Origin: a virus
IMG/VR virus record: IMGVR_UViG_3300028844_004984
Length of the DNA stretch: 64,000 nucleotides
Reading direction: 5' to 3' (one strand)
Position 1 is the stretch's first letter. Each line of letters starts with the position of its first letter. Below the pieces are notes generated by a model. That model did not search any database. It worked only from the letters and a program-made list of their open reading frames with translations, and had not been told where the DNA came from. Below, in pieces: positions 1-8,845 of the stretch. The position numbers and the translations under genes are program-made.

Positions 1-110
1 GATAACTTCATCTATGATACCATTTATGTTGATAACTTCATCTATGATACCGTCTATGTAGATAACTTCATCTATGATACCGTCTATGTAGATAACTTCA
101 TCTATGATAC
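1..110 (+). repeat. 30-bp coding tandem repeat (DNFIYDTxYV), about 4 copies visible
   Basis: GATAACTTCATCTATGATAC recurs at 1, 31, 61 and 91. Confidence 0.95.
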
Positions 111-711
111 TACTTACATTTACGTCGAACTACCACCGGATACACTAATAGTTACTGAGGTGGAATATGTAACAGATACCATTTATATTGATAATTACAT
201 TTACGAATACGATACTGTGTATGTGGATGTTCCAATAGTGGATACCCTTTATATTACAGAAACCGAATACATAGTAGATACATTATTTGTAACAGAATAC
301 ATAACTATAACAGATACGATAACAGAATACATAGTTCAGGAGATGTGGATTGATTGTATTACAGGTTTACCATGTGATGAAGAACCACCTGGAATGCAAT
401 GTCCTGATTGGACTACGATTCATATACCAAATACATTTACTCCAAATAATGATGGACACAATGATGTTTGGAAAGTGATTTATGATTTGAGCTGTTGGGA
501 AGATGTGGAGTTTAAAATATTCAATCGGTGGGGTAATCAGATATATGAGGGATATGGTGATTACTACGAATCATATCCATTTTGGGATGGAAGTGTGAAT
601 GGGGGAGATTATTACGCTCAAGATGGGGTATACTTCTATTTATTCAAAGCAAAGAAAGTGGGAATGGTAGAGGTTATCGAAAAGCAAGGACACATAACAA
701 TTTTCAGATAA
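1..711 (+). CDS. T9SS type-B C-terminal sorting domain (gliding-motility-associated CTD) protein with DT-rich repeats; 5' end lies upstream of the window
   Basis: Frame 1 is open from base 1. C-terminus IPNTFTPNNDGHND...IFNRWG...WDG...GVYFY...GHITIFR is the type-B CTD pattern. Confidence 0.85.
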   Translation, partial: DNFIYDTIYVDNFIYDTVYVDNFIYDTVYVDNFIYDTTYIYVELPPDTLIVTEVEYVTDTIYIDNYIYEYDTVYVDVPIVDTLYITETEYIVDTLFVTEYITITDTITEYIVQEMWIDCITGLPCDEEPPGMQCPDWTTIHIPNTFTPNNDGHNDVWKVIYDLSCWEDVEFKIFNRWGNQIYEGYGDYYESYPFWDGSVNGGDYYAQDGVYFYLFKAKKVGMVEVIEKQGHITIFR

Positions 712-720
712 AAAGGTCAT

Positions 721-2757
721 ATGAAAAAATTAATTACAATTCTTATAGTTGCGTTAAGTACATCAATCTATGCGCAAGAACAATGTGGTACTGATGCGTT
801 GATGATGGGTATACCACGAAATCAACGAATGATGCCACCACCTGAGGTAGATTTGGATACTGCTGAAGTTATCACAATCCCATTAGTGTTTCACATCGTA
901 CATTTGGGTGAACCAATCGGTGAAGGAACGAATATCAGCGATGAGCAGATTCAAAGTTCCGTAGATGCGTTAAACGAAGATTTCAGAAAGATAGAAGGAA
1001 CAAATGGTGATGGGTTGGGAGTTGATACCAAAATTGAGTTTTGTTTGGCATCTCGCTCGCCAGATAATCTACCTACCACTGGGATACTCAGACACGATGG
1101 TTCAGACCTCATTTACTCAGATACATTCGCAGGTCAATCCATATACGAAGAATATGTTACGACTGGAGTAACATCTATGAGTGGATTCTCAAATCCAAAT
1201 GGTGTACCAGCTACTCATATGAAGGATGTATATGGGTGTTGGGACTTGGATGATTATCTGAACATTTGGGTTGTAAGTGAGATTGAGGGTAATAATGGTG
1301 GTAATGGTATTCAGGGGTTTTCATACATTGGGTTTAACAATATACAATGTGATGGGGGACCCGTTGTTCTGTACAACAGAGTTGGTACTATTGGTAACAT
1401 AAAAAGTGGAACTCTCAACAAAACAGTTACCCACGAATTAGGCCACAACTTTCTGCTATATCATACGTTTGGATTCGGTGGTTCATCGTGTACAGAAACT
1501 AATTGTGAAACGCAGGGAGACCAAGTCTGTGATACACCACCAACAACACCAAACTATGGGTGTTCACCAAATAGTTGCCCGGATGCTCAAGTGAACAACT
1601 ATATGGATTACACATCTCCAACTTGCCGTAATACATTCACTCAAGGGCAAACGGAGAGAATGCGTAATGAGATTTGGACGAGCAAGGGTGGATACACTCA
1701 AAGTTTAGGATGTATCCCCGTTACAGATGTGGATGGTGGTATATCAAATATGGCGATATTAAATCCAAATTGTAACACTACTTTTGATGTAACGATAACA
1801 TTGGCTAATTTTGGTATTGAAGAATTAACAAACCCTACTATAACACTAACAAATGGTAGTTCTCAGCAAACTTCAGATATTGAACTTAGTTTATTGGGTG
1901 GTGAAACATTTACTACTACAATTGAATTTACATCGTTATTTTCATCAACCATTGAAGCAGATGTGGTTTTTGAACAATCAGAGGATTTCATCACAAACAA
2001 TACAAATAGTACGGATTTCATCTATGAAGATGGTAACACATTGAAAATCGAACTAAGTCCTGATGTGTGGTCGAATGAGTTGGATTGGGAACTTTTAGAT
2101 GAAGATGGTGAGATTGTGATGTTCGGTGGTGATTATCCCGTCTTTTCACAAGATAGTACCTTTGTTGATGAGGTTTGCTTATTTGGTAGTTGTTATACAT
2201 TCAATCTCTACGATAGTAATGGAGATGGGATGTGTTCGATTGATTTGGATGGTGATGGTAATTGTGATATATTCTATGATGCATTTCTACGAATCACATT
2301 GAACGATGAGGTAATATTTGAACTAACTGATGTTGATGATATGGATTTTGGTTCACAACTAACTTTCGAATTTTGTGATGAGGTTGTTGATTGTGTAGGA
2401 GATGTGGATGGGGATAATAAGGTAAGTGTAACCGATGTTATGACTATGTTATCTCAAATAGGATGTGTTCAGATTCAAAATCCATGTCCTGCTGATTTGA
2501 ACGGAGATGGTGTGGTAAATAGTGATGATTTGTTCATTGTATTATCGAACTATGGAAACAATTGTTCAGCAGCTGTATTGATTGAAGAATTCACAGAAAT
2601 GAATGTGATGAAAGTATATTCTGATGTTCCTGTGGGATTCTATGATTTATCTGGTCGTTGGGTATCATCTGATGAAGGTACGTTAAGAAGTGGTATCTAC
2701 ATATTGATAGAAAAGCGTGATGGTTCGGTGGTACAATCGAAAATATTCATTCAGTAA
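721..2757 (+). CDS. Secreted M43 (pappalysin-like) zinc metalloprotease with dockerin-like repeats and a T9SS type-A CTD
   Basis: Signal peptide ending IYA-Q; CGT propeptide; HELGHNFLLYH zinc motif; NYMDY Met-turn; GDVDGDNKV and ADLNGDGVV motifs; C-terminal YDLSGR...LRSGIYI...KIFIQ. Confidence 0.85.
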   Translation: MKKLITILIVALSTSIYAQEQCGTDALMMGIPRNQRMMPPPEVDLDTAEVITIPLVFHIVHLGEPIGEGTNISDEQIQSSVDALNEDFRKIEGTNGDGLGVDTKIEFCLASRSPDNLPTTGILRHDGSDLIYSDTFAGQSIYEEYVTTGVTSMSGFSNPNGVPATHMKDVYGCWDLDDYLNIWVVSEIEGNNGGNGIQGFSYIGFNNIQCDGGPVVLYNRVGTIGNIKSGTLNKTVTHELGHNFLLYHTFGFGGSSCTETNCETQGDQVCDTPPTTPNYGCSPNSCPDAQVNNYMDYTSPTCRNTFTQGQTERMRNEIWTSKGGYTQSLGCIPVTDVDGGISNMAILNPNCNTTFDVTITLANFGIEELTNPTITLTNGSSQQTSDIELSLLGGETFTTTIEFTSLFSSTIEADVVFEQSEDFITNNTNSTDFIYEDGNTLKIELSPDVWSNELDWELLDEDGEIVMFGGDYPVFSQDSTFVDEVCLFGSCYTFNLYDSNGDGMCSIDLDGDGNCDIFYDAFLRITLNDEVIFELTDVDDMDFGSQLTFEFCDEVVDCVGDVDGDNKVSVTDVMTMLSQIGCVQIQNPCPADLNGDGVVNSDDLFIVLSNYGNNCSAAVLIEEFTEMNVMKVYSDVPVGFYDLSGRWVSSDEGTLRSGIYILIEKRDGSVVQSKIFIQ

Positions 2758-2758
2758 A

Positions 2759-2831
2759 TTAACATTTTTTAACATTTGAGATTTGGAGATTCATCAATTC
2801 CTCACTATATTTACTATGTAATGATTGAGAG
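2759..2831 (+). promoter_or_regulatory. Repeated early promoter cassette (TTAACA pair + TTTG + TAnnTT + TGTAATGATTGAGA leader)
   Basis: Similar to the other copies; TTAACA period 10. Confidence 0.8.
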
Positions 2832-2841
2832 AGTTAAAGAG

Positions 2842-3102
2842 ATGAGAAACGAAATTCAGTTGACGAGTGTGGTTGGTACGATGTTAAAAGTTATCGATGG
2901 TGACCGAACTCACCGATTGAAAGTTCTCTCTGAAACTCCAACGGGTCGATACCGAATCAACAAAACGATTATGGGAATCAGTCCTGAGACTGGTTTACCA
3001 ATTGAGATTGATTATGCTCGAACAATCAACCACCGAACGATGATTAAAGAACAAATCCAACTTCAACGTTGTGGTGGTGTTGCTGTGATTGAAAAGATTT
3101 AA
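2842..3102 (+). CDS. Hypothetical protein
   Basis: ATG just downstream of the cassette, in the supplied ORF. Confidence 0.7.
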   Translation: MRNEIQLTSVVGTMLKVIDGDRTHRLKVLSETPTGRYRINKTIMGISPETGLPIEIDYARTINHRTMIKEQIQLQRCGGVAVIEKI

Positions 3103-3113
3103 ACCCCAAATAA

Positions 3114-3308
3114 ATGGTTGAAACAATTAACCCCTATACTCCTCAATACGAAGATGATACTCTTCGTGATTGCCTCTGTAATATCGCTATGGAGATGGAA
3201 AACCTCTCCCCAATGGCACAACTTTCTCTTCAGATGTTGATGGACCACTACGAAGTGGAAGATGATACGGTTTACGATGTTGAGAATACTGAAATCCACG
3301 AAGGATGA
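3114..3308 (+). CDS. Hypothetical acidic protein
   Basis: ORF in the + strand gene run. Confidence 0.65.
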   Translation: MVETINPYTPQYEDDTLRDCLCNIAMEMENLSPMAQLSLQMLMDHYEVEDDTVYDVENTEIHEG

Positions 3309-3442
3309 ATAAGTACGAAGTAGAAATCCTTTTGGAAGCCGGTTACGCATTGAATCAGCTCCAACAAATGACTCCTCAACAACGCCGAAATCTCGCTATG
3401 GAGTGCCAGGCGGCGGAGGATGAGTATTATGAAAATCTATGA
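3305..3442 (+). CDS. Small hypothetical protein (45 aa)
   Basis: ATGA overlap with the previous stop; MNKYEVEILLEAGY... Confidence 0.6.
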   Translation: MNKYEVEILLEAGYALNQLQQMTPQQRRNLAMECQAAEDEYYENL

Positions 3443-3467
3443 TGTGGGGAAACGACGAATACGAAGA

Positions 3468-3545
3468 TTAACACTTTCTTAACATTAAAAATTTGGATAT
3501 ATCAGAATTTATTCCGATATTAGTACTGTAATGATTGAGAGAGAT
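3468..3545 (+). promoter_or_regulatory. Repeated early promoter cassette
   Basis: TTAACA-N5-TTAACA-N7-TTTGG...GATATTAGTACTGTAATGATTGAGA. Confidence 0.85.
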
Positions 3546-3872
3546 ATGAAAAACGAAAAAACCCTTCAGGCCCTTCGAAAGAAAGCTGGCCTCAAATACG
3601 GAGAAACGGCTCGGATGCCGAATCTAAACAAAGTTGCTGACCTTCTCAAAGAGGTTGGAATCGCGTGTGATGTTACGACTTGGAGTTGTATGAAGTACGG
3701 AAGCGCGGCGGGTTGTCGATACATCACTAATGGTGGAACTCGTGATTACGATGGTTATCGATTGAAAGTTCCTCAGATTGGAATGAACATTAATTCTACC
3801 GATACCTACTATAGTTGGAATAACCAACGATACGCTCAACGATTGGTTGAGTTGGTTGAAGAAACTCCCTAA
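3546..3872 (+). CDS. Hypothetical protein
   Basis: ATG following the cassette leader. Confidence 0.75.
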   Translation: MKNEKTLQALRKKAGLKYGETARMPNLNKVADLLKEVGIACDVTTWSCMKYGSAAGCRYITNGGTRDYDGYRLKVPQIGMNINSTDTYYSWNNQRYAQRLVELVEETP

Positions 3873-3877
3873 GAGAT

Positions 3878-4003
3878 ATGAATCAAGGTAGAAGTAATAA
3901 ACAAATAGAAGATAGTTATTGGATGATTACGATGGCTATAAAATGTTTCACTATAGCTATTGGATGTTGGTTATTTGTGAAAGTATTGGATGTATTCATT
4001 TAA
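3878..4003 (+). CDS. Small membrane protein (41 aa)
   Basis: Hydrophobic C-terminal half; fills the gap between genes. Confidence 0.5.
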   Translation: MNQGRSNKQIEDSYWMITMAIKCFTIAIGCWLFVKVLDVFI

Positions 4004-4074
4004 CAATTTCTTAACATTAAAAGTTTGGAAGTTACCGAAATTATCCGTATTTTAGTACTGTAAGATTAAGAGAT
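4000..4074 (+). promoter_or_regulatory. Repeated early promoter cassette
   Basis: TTAACA-N5-TTAACA...TTTGG...TATTTTAGTACTGTAAGATTAAGA. Confidence 0.85.
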
Positions 4075-4305
4075 ATGATTAAACCAAAAGAACAACAAGC
4101 GACGCGAGGTCTTGAGATTGATTTGACCGGACCGCAAGGAAATGCCTTCTATCTGTTGGGGTATGCCCGAAACATCGGAAAACAACTTGGAATGACTGAA
4201 AAGAACATTCAGAAGTTGAATGATGAGATGACCAGTGGTGATTATGAGAACCTTCTTCAGGTGTTCGATAAGAACTTCGGAAGTATTGTTACCCTCTACC
4301 GATAA
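4075..4305 (+). CDS. Conserved phage hypothetical protein (IDLTGPxGNAF motif)
   Basis: Motif recalled from small proteins of aquatic phages. Confidence 0.75.
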   Translation: MIKPKEQQATRGLEIDLTGPQGNAFYLLGYARNIGKQLGMTEKNIQKLNDEMTSGDYENLLQVFDKNFGSIVTLYR

Positions 4306-4425
4306 GATATGGAAAATATTGTTTACATCGAAGGTGTGGGTCATTGTAAAGAAATTACCATCAACCGATTGAATGAAGATGGAGTTAATGAACCCTACAA
4401 TATCTATGAACCAGTAGAATAGCGT

Positions 4426-4725
4426 ATGAAAGTAAAAGTAGTAGTGAACTGCCAATATTATGAGAACTATAACGTCGACACCACTGGTTTCGGCGAAGTT
4501 CCGTATTGGAAACCCAAAGGTGGACATACCTTCGAAATGCCGATTGATTCGGATGTGGTGATGTATTGTGATGATGGGGTATTGGTAGAAGCTATCAATA
4601 ATTTGGTGAAGAAGCAGAATCGGATTTGGGAAAAGTTCGAAGTGATTGATTATGAGGTGGTATTTACAGAACCATCAGTAGTGGCGGGGTTGGAATCTGA
4701 GATAAATGATTTAACATTAAATTAA
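4426..4725 (+). CDS. Hypothetical protein
   Basis: ORF in the gene run. Confidence 0.7.
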   Translation: MKVKVVVNCQYYENYNVDTTGFGEVPYWKPKGGHTFEMPIDSDVVMYCDDGVLVEAINNLVKKQNRIWEKFEVIDYEVVFTEPSVVAGLESEINDLTLN

Positions 4726-4783
4726 CATTTCAGATTTGGATATATCAGATATTTTCACCATATTAGTACTGTAAGATTGAGAG
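4711..4783 (+). promoter_or_regulatory. Repeated early promoter cassette
   Basis: TTAACA-N5-TTAACA...TTTGGATATATCAG...TATTAGTACTGTAAGATTGAGA. Confidence 0.85.
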
Positions 4784-5122
4784 ATGAGAAAAGTAATTAA
4801 CAAAGAGAAAGCGGGCCGGATGATTGGTGGAACTTCCCTCTGTGGATATGTTGAGGGTTTCACTTATGAAGAGCTCGTAGATTTGATGGGTGAACCAACG
4901 TTCCACGAAGAGGATGGCCATGATGGTAAGATTAACAAAGAGTGGACTATCATCCACTATGGTAACGTTTACACCATCTACGATTGGAAAACCTACGATA
5001 CCAACTACACTATGACTAAGCTCAAAAAGTGGAACGTTGGTGGAAAAACCAACGCTGCTGATTTCATCAATGAACTCACTTGGAAGTTGGAGAAGAACCG
5101 TGAAGAATATTACACATTTTGA
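4784..5122 (+). CDS. Conserved phage hypothetical protein (GEPT...TIYDWK motif)
   Basis: ORF after a cassette; recurring phage motif. Confidence 0.75.
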   Translation: MRKVINKEKAGRMIGGTSLCGYVEGFTYEELVDLMGEPTFHEEDGHDGKINKEWTIIHYGNVYTIYDWKTYDTNYTMTKLKKWNVGGKTNAADFINELTWKLEKNREEYYTF

Positions 5123-5123
5123 T

Positions 5124-5348
5124 ATGGAAGAGATAAAAACACTTAAACAGAGATTGAAGCCAGAGATTTTGGCTAACATTGAGGCGGAGAAGGATACCTA
5201 CCCAAATTCCTACAACTACATTATGGATGAATTGAATGGGAATGTTGCGGTTACTCAGTTGACTTTGGAAACAATCAATTCAATCACAACGTATTCACCG
5301 ACGTACATCAATAAAATTACGGATATCTACGATATGTTCGACCAATAA
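5124..5348 (+). CDS. Hypothetical protein
   Basis: ATG directly after the previous stop. Confidence 0.65.
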   Translation: MEEIKTLKQRLKPEILANIEAEKDTYPNSYNYIMDELNGNVAVTQLTLETINSITTYSPTYINKITDIYDMFDQ

Positions 5349-5358
5349 ATTCAAAAAT

Positions 5359-5544
5359 ATGTTAATAGTTTTAGAATCAGTAGGAAGTGTGTTCGATACT
5401 TCCAGTATGTGTATCTATCCACAGAAAGTGGATGGAAGTTATGATAAAGAAGTTAGTATCTCAATCGAAGAAGAAGAGGTATCAAAAGATTGGTGGGATT
5501 CCCTATCAGTTGAGGATTATGATACTGTAACTTGTTGTATGTAA
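5359..5544 (+). CDS. Hypothetical protein
   Basis: ORF in the gene run. Confidence 0.6.
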   Translation: MLIVLESVGSVFDTSSMCIYPQKVDGSYDKEVSISIEEEEVSKDWWDSLSVEDYDTVTCCM

Positions 5545-5545
5545 T

Positions 5546-6007
5546 ATGGGATATAACAAATTTAGATGGTATACCAAAGGTAACCGAAAGAAACCATTAA
5601 AGAAATCAGAACCACTTCTATTGAGAATCAGAAATGGTGATTTTGAGTATTCACCATATTTCGATGAAGCAAAAGAAGAAAGAGCAAAGGGGAAGGAGAT
5701 ATATGATGATTATATGAAAACCACATATATCCGTGATGAGATAGAGAAAAAAAAAGAAGCACTTCAACGTAGTAAGATGAAGAGAGTGAAAGCTCTAAAG
5801 TTGAATGAAGAGGCAGATAAGGAAGAAAAGAAACGATTGAAGGAACTAAAACTCGCCTTAGAGAAGGAGTTTGGGAAAGACCTTTGGGATAAGGCAATGA
5901 AGAGGCAAAGGGGGAAGGGAACTACCGAAGATTTGTATTGGTGGTATAAGAAGCAATGTAAACTCACATATACTCCTTCAGAACTAAAAATCTTCTTGAA
6001 ACGATAA
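5546..6007 (+). CDS. Basic, charged hypothetical protein
   Basis: 153-aa ORF. Confidence 0.7.
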   Translation: MGYNKFRWYTKGNRKKPLKKSEPLLLRIRNGDFEYSPYFDEAKEERAKGKEIYDDYMKTTYIRDEIEKKKEALQRSKMKRVKALKLNEEADKEEKKRLKELKLALEKEFGKDLWDKAMKRQRGKGTTEDLYWWYKKQCKLTYTPSELKIFLKR

Positions 6008-6299
6008 CCCAACGATGGGAACTCCGTAGGTTGGAAACCGAAGGTGTGTAGAGAAAAAATTCCAGGGGAATTTCTTTAAGCCGTGTTCATATGAATGGAT
6101 ACGGTTTAATTATGCCGTGGGGTGATATATATGAATAGAACTTTGGTGGTGAGGTGAACAAATGAATGAGATAATTATAAATCAGCAAATGTTGAAAGAG
6201 ATAGAAGTAACAATAGTATTCCTATTAGTGTATATGATACTATGGTATGTATGGTCAGATAAGGAACTCTAACCCACAGATACCCACTCTAACCTACAG

Positions 6300-6327
6300 A
6301 ATCCCCAGATATAAGGGGATTTTTTTT
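6300..6327 (+). terminator. Rho-independent terminator
   Basis: AATCCCC-AGATATAA-GGGGATT followed by a T tract. Confidence 0.7.
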
Positions 6328-6445
6328 ATGCTCCATTATTCCCCATTCTACAGAATAGCTGAATGAATCCCTATCGTAGAAGATAATCCTACATATTCTC
6401 TCTGAAGGAAGGGGAATCGGAGAGTTACCCACGAAAATCGGTTCA

Positions 6446-6480
6446 TTTCTCCCATTTTCTACCACATTCTCCCACTTTCT
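6446..6480. repeat. 10-bp-period tandem repeat (TTTCTCCCAY), about 3.5 copies
   Basis: TTTCTCCCAT TTTCTACCAC ATTCTCCCAC TTTCT. Confidence 0.75.
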
Positions 6481-6699
6481 ATTAAACTACAACTCTCCAC
6501 CCAATAGTCAATTAAGTGTCTACCAATAATGGGAAAACACCAAGCTAAGGGCATGAGAGTGTACCAATAAAGGAATTCCCTCACAATCCCCATTAATGGC
6601 AAACATAGGGGGATATCAGGGCATGGAGGGAAAGTATAGTAGAAATGGAGGTGACCCTTACGAATATTCTTGCGGAAAGCAAAATTTTTATCGGGAAAG

Positions 6700-6790
6700 T
6701 TTTCAACAGCTGAGTGTTCATAACTTTTTGGGTGCGTATTTATACTCAATTTTGGGGGTGAAAAAGTTATCCACATGGCATTGTTCATAA
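6700..6790. promoter_or_regulatory. Two inverted pairs of DnaA-box-like sites (candidate origin)
   Basis: TTTTCAACA-N6-TGTTCATAA at 6700-6723 and TTATCCACA-N6-TGTTCATAA at 6767-6790. TTATCCACA is a perfect DnaA box. Confidence 0.55.
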
Positions 6791-7014
6791 CTTTATTTGG
6801 ATATATCAGCATAATTTCGTATCTTAATGGTGGTAGCTTGATGAAAAAAAACCCAATAAGACGTACCGTCCAAGGTAAATATACGAAATTTGGCCGACAT
6901 ATGTGTTAAATTAATGTTAAATTATCCAAAAATGGGTGATTTTGGGTGAAAAAGTGGGGGTAAAGGGGGCTGAGATGGAGTACACTGTGTAAAATAACAA
7001 TAAAATGGGTAGAA

Positions 7015-7093
7015 TTAACACTAATTTAACACTAAAAGCTTGTTTTTCTCACCTAAATACACGATATTAGTACTGTAAGATTGAGAAAGAGAT
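7015..7093 (+). promoter_or_regulatory. Repeated early promoter cassette
   Basis: TTAACA-N5-TTAACA...CTTG...GATATTAGTACTGTAAGATTGAGA. Confidence 0.85.
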
Positions 7094-7378
7094 ATGAGAA
7101 ATTTGATTAATGGATATGAAATTGCCACCCAACCCAAAGAGTTGGTGAAAGAACTTGGTGGTAGGGGAGAGTATAGAGCAGTAACAAAGTGTAGGGCAGG
7201 ATTCCCCACTATCTACGATATAGGAACGTTCGATAATCCCCTAATGGCATTCAATAGGGTTCTCCCTAAAGCATTACTTAACCTCCAATACAAGCCCACT
7301 GGGTGTGATTATTGGTTGTGCCTCTACGCTCGGAAAGGAACTAAGGTAGTGGTGGTGGATGAAAGCTTGGTGAATTAA
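7094..7378 (+). CDS. Hypothetical protein
   Basis: ORF after a cassette. Confidence 0.7.
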   Translation: MRNLINGYEIATQPKELVKELGGRGEYRAVTKCRAGFPTIYDIGTFDNPLMAFNRVLPKALLNLQYKPTGCDYWLCLYARKGTKVVVVDESLVN

Positions 7379-7434
7379 AAAAGAAATAGCTAAATAGTAA
7401 TAGTAACAATACATAGTATAGTAATAGTAGTAGT

Positions 7435-7596
7435 ATGAATAGAAACAATAAGTATCAGAATGGGTATCTCCCCAAAATCCAATATTGGATGCGTAAATGG
7501 AATGAAGCAATGCAGGATGATAACATTGAACTCGCAGTAAGGGCAGAACATAAGGTGGAGTACTTCACCCAAAGGCAGGAGCAGGTATACGGATAA
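7435..7596 (+). CDS. Small hypothetical protein (53 aa)
   Basis: MNRNNKYQNGYLPKIQYW...; read manually. Confidence 0.6.
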   Translation: MNRNNKYQNGYLPKIQYWMRKWNEAMQDDNIELAVRAEHKVEYFTQRQEQVYG

Positions 7597-8052
7597 GGTG
7601 AGCCCTACTCCCTCTAAATGAGAGTAAGGGGGTGGGGGGCATTTTAACGTAACCCACTGGGAATCAACACGTTACACCCACGCTTAGGCAATTTTCATGC
7701 GGAGCCTGGTTTTTCTCTCTAGGTAAAACCTGTCTGAAGTGGTATATAGTATATACAGTAGTTTTTATTATAGCTAATACTAATACTTATTCTAAAGGAG
7801 ATTTCCGATGAAACATTATATTCAAAAGAAGTTATCTGTAATAGTAAGATGTTTTAATTGCAATCACAAATGGGAAGTGGATGGGTTACTACACCTATAT
7901 AGATGTCCTGAGTGTACTATGGAAGCAGAGGGTGATGAAGATACATTTAAAAGAAAATAGATATGAAGTGGATATGTAAAGTACATCGATACCTTATGTG
8001 GTTGGAGGAGCAAAGAATCAAAGCAATGATTTATTGTGGTAGAGGCTGGTAA

Positions 8053-8286
8053 ATGACCGATTTGGAATGGGGTGCACTCAAGCGGATGGGTGAGGCTGGG
8101 TTTAAGTGGGGTGGTATGCACTTCCAGTATCTTCGTTACTCCAATGGGGTAGTCCTAACCCATCAGCAGTATAAGCGTATTCCTAAAGAAAAGATATTCT
8201 ATTCTGATTCAGAGATAGATAAGGATATAAGGAGTAGGTTAAAAATATTGTATGATAAGTACTATTCTATACACTATACTCAGTAA
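8053..8286 (+). CDS. Hypothetical protein
   Basis: ORF only. Confidence 0.45.
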   Translation: MTDLEWGALKRMGEAGFKWGGMHFQYLRYSNGVVLTHQQYKRIPKEKIFYSDSEIDKDIRSRLKILYDKYYSIHYTQ

Positions 8287-8340
8287 TACTAATATCTTTA
8301 CTATTATTATTTTGGCTTCACCACCACAATTCCCAAAGAT

Positions 8341-8412
8341 TTAACATTCTTTTAACATATAGATTATAACTATATCAGATTTATTTCGTATATTAGTAGT
8401 GTAATAAATGAG
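8341..8412 (+). promoter_or_regulatory. Repeated early promoter cassette (degenerate -33)
   Basis: TTAACA-N5-TTAACA...TATATCAG...TATATTAGTAGTGTAA. Confidence 0.75.
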
Positions 8413-8435
8413 ATGAACTAAATACAATTTATAAA

Positions 8436-8582
8436 ATGAACGAAATGATTACTATTGGGCAAGCCCTCTGTGTAGGTATCATTGTTATGATTCCTATTAT
8501 TGGTTACATTGTTAACCTCCAACGCGATGTTGAATTGTTGGAAGAAACTTTGGATGTGTATATGAATGAATTAAATAAGTAA
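8436..8582 (+). CDS. Small membrane-anchored protein (48 aa)
   Basis: One TM segment plus a short helix; follows a cassette. Confidence 0.6.
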   Translation: MNEMITIGQALCVGIIVMIPIIGYIVNLQRDVELLEETLDVYMNELNK

Positions 8583-8584
8583 AT

Positions 8585-8845
8585 ATGAAGTTAGAACATA
8601 TTGAGGATTTGGTCAACAACTGGCCTACCAAATACAAAGAAGGTTTTACCAACCTTGAGATTACGAACATTGTTAACACCATCAAAGTGGATAGCAATTT
8701 CTCACATGAGAAGTTCGATAACGCAATGATGGGTAATACCTGTATGGTAAGGGAAGGTCAAGCGGTAATGTATCATTGTGATGTTATCAAAGGAATCCAA
8801 TGTGGAATTGAGGATAGAAATCTAAATGTGTTGGAATGGGATTGA
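8585..8845 (+). CDS. Hypothetical protein
   Basis: ORF in the gene run. Confidence 0.7.
   Translation: MKLEHIEDLVNNWPTKYKEGFTNLEITNIVNTIKVDSNFSHEKFDNAMMGNTCMVREGQAVMYHCDVIKGIQCGIEDRNLNVLEWD

Noticed and set aside
1-110. 30-bp tandem repeat as a CRISPR array
   Set aside because: No unique spacers; it is an in-frame coding repeat.
6459-6812. ORFs 6459..6812 (-) and 6596..6790 (+)
   Set aside because: Atypical composition and overlap with repeat and DnaA-like sites; the region is better explained as non-coding.
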